NCBI GenBank assembly: GCA_947302815.1
Contig: CAMYWO010000001.1
Coordinates: forward strand, 42,637 to 106,636
From: an uncultured Clostridia bacterium
Lineage (GTDB): Bacteria; Bacillota; Clostridia; Saccharofermentanales; Saccharofermentanaceae
Direction of reading: 5' to 3'
Length of the DNA stretch: 64,000 nucleotides
Below, piece after piece: positions 62,686-64,000 of this stretch. The translations under genes and the position numbers were made by a program. The notes under the pieces are model-generated. The model made no database searches, was not told the DNA's origin, and worked only from the letters and a program-made list of their open reading frames with translations. Each line of letters opens with the position of its first letter. The first letter of the stretch is position 1.

Positions 62686-63693
62686 ATGTCATCTACGATT
62701 AAAGACGTTGCTAAAATGGCGGGAGTTTCCATTTCGACGGTTTCCAAGTTCATTAACGGAGGAAACGTTCTCGAGGAGAACCGCGCCCAGATCGAACAGG
62801 CGATCGAGACTCTGAATTATCAGGTCAATACGGTCGCGCGCGGCATGAAGACCAGAAAGACCATGTCGATCGGTGTGCTGATTCCGAGTCTTGCGGACTA
62901 CTATGGCGTATCGATCCTTTCCTATATTGACCAGGAGCTCTACGCCAACGGATACAGTATGATCATCTGTGATTACAATCAGGGCGATCCGACAGGCGCT
63001 TCCGATAAGATCAATTTCCTTATTAACAAGCAGGTCGACGGCATCATCATGCAGCCGATGAACGTGCGCCAGGAAGATATCGACCGCGCAACGAAAGCAG
63101 ATGTTCCGATCGTTTTCGTTGATATGGAGTATCCGGCGATCTCCTGCGATTCTGTCACCATCGATAATGTTGACATCGCATACCGCATCACGAAGCACCT
63201 GATCGATAACGGTCACAACCGGATCGGTTTCATCGGCGGTACCTCGGGATTTATCACGACGGATGACCGTGTGAAGGGATATAAGAAGGCTCTCGATGAG
63301 GCGGGGATCACGCTCGATCAGGATCTCCTTTATCTCGAGAATGTCTCGGAAGAGAGCGGCTATATGGCCATGATGCACTTCATGCAGAGAAAGTATAAGC
63401 CGACAGCGGTCTTTGCCAGCGGCAATGACCTGACCTGCGGCGCCGTGATGTATATCAACGAGAAGAAACTGGTGATCCCGGACGATGTATCCTTCGTCGG
63501 ATTTGAGAACCAGACGATCGCACATGTGTATAACCCGACTCTGACCATCGGTATCCAGCCGATCAGAAAGATCGGACAGACCGCGGTCCGCATGCTCCTT
63601 GAGAGAATGAAGGAAGAGTACACGGGCGAGCCGAGAAATGTGCGTCTCAAGGCTGTCATTGATTTCGGCGCCTCGGTGAAGAAGATCAAATAA
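62686..63693 (+). CDS. LacI family transcriptional regulator
   Basis: TIKDVAKMAGVSISTVSKFINGGNVLEENRAQIEQAIETLNYQVNTVARGM (HTH), followed by a periplasmic-binding-fold domain. Confidence 0.9.
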   Translation: MSSTIKDVAKMAGVSISTVSKFINGGNVLEENRAQIEQAIETLNYQVNTVARGMKTRKTMSIGVLIPSLADYYGVSILSYIDQELYANGYSMIICDYNQGDPTGASDKINFLINKQVDGIIMQPMNVRQEDIDRATKADVPIVFVDMEYPAISCDSVTIDNVDIAYRITKHLIDNGHNRIGFIGGTSGFITTDDRVKGYKKALDEAGITLDQDLLYLENVSEESGYMAMMHFMQRKYKPTAVFASGNDLTCGAVMYINEKKLVIPDDVSFVGFENQTIAHVYNPTLTIGIQPIRKIGQTAVRMLLERMKEEYTGEPRNVRLKAVIDFGASVKKIK

Positions 63694-63759
63694 GGAAAGC
63701 CGGCCCGGCGTGTCTTGTGCCGGGGGGAGAAGTGCTTTTCTATATATAAATATTTATGC

Positions 63760-63788
63760 TTGACGTACCCTTGATCGCATGGTATTCT
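63760..63788 (+). promoter_or_regulatory. Putative sigma-A promoter of the rplU operon, followed by a structured leader of about 120 nt
   Basis: TTGACG (63760-63765), 17-nt spacer, TATTCT (63783-63788). Same architecture as the rpsF promoter. An L21-leader-type element is plausible but not verified. Confidence 0.45.
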
Positions 63789-63911
63789 ATTTCGGTGACC
63801 GCATGTGCCGGGCTCCTAAATCTGTGCCTTTTTTCAGTGCTTTTCGCACGGAGAAGCTACAGTGCCTAGGATTAGACAGCGAGACTGGATGAACAGGAGG
63901 GAAACGTTTTT

Positions 63912-64000
63912 ATGCAGTATGCAGTTATTCTGACAGGCGGCAAGCAGTACAAGGTTGCCGAGGGCGACGAGATCTTCGTAGAGAAGCTCGAGGGCGAAGC
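63912..64000 (+). CDS. rplU: 50S ribosomal protein L21 (5' part; runs off the window)
   Basis: [29 protein letters not shown]. Confidence 0.9.
   Translation, partial: MQYAVILTGGKQYKVAEGDEIFVEKLEGE

Noticed and set aside
1-64000. Mobile elements, prophage, or canonical defence islands
   Set aside because: No transposase, integrase, recombinase, phage structural gene, restriction-modification gene or cas gene was recognised in any frame. The WYL regulator here faces a metabolic/envelope operon rather than a defence cassette.

Overview
This is a 64-kb chromosomal window of about 50% GC with Firmicutes/Clostridia-type gene content. The taxonomic guess rests only on gene content and codon style and cannot be verified here. 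I found no rRNA, tRNA, CRISPR array, transposase, integrase or prophage signature.

Layout, left to right:
- A partial SPFH-family gene, then a MarR regulator translationally coupled to a heterodimeric ABC exporter.
- An amino-sugar cluster: glmM, a stand-alone hexapeptide-repeat acetyltransferase, and nagB.
- ACT-domain and GNAT genes.
- A minus-strand DUF1015 / FAD-oxidoreductase / DUF2298 operon facing a divergent WYL regulator.
- alaS and a HIT-family gene, then a DUF4214-NodB deacetylase.
- A MoxR / DUF58 / transglutaminase triad.
- A 10.5-kb operon of four overlapping signalling genes. It encodes three hybrid histidine kinases, one ending in a DegV domain, plus a REC-GGDEF-REC-HD-GYP protein.
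- A 1101-aa vWA / thrombospondin-type-3 surface protein, a small membrane protein, a divergent Lgt-like protein, and a zinc-ribbon protein with 42-nt tandem repeats.
- An orphan pilT, a PdaA-like deacetylase, and a PqqD-like gene.
- The origin-proximal-type block rpsF-ssb-rpsR-rplI-dnaB-tilS-hpt-ftsH.
- Two paralogous lipoprotein genes, spoVG, murC, a membrane protein, a LacI regulator and the start of rplU.

Observations most worth a second look:
1. An array of ten invariant 10-bp half-sites (ATTGATATAA / TTATATCAAT) with variable spacers. It sits between the two convergent terminators downstream of ftsH, at 55247-55510.
2. The word AGTGCTTTT and its complement are far more frequent than expected across the window and concentrate at gene ends.
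3. The phosphorelay / c-di-GMP operon, including a histidine kinase-REC-DegV fusion, next to the vWA giant protein and the Lgt-like module.

All domain calls come from motif recognition by eye. No database search was run.
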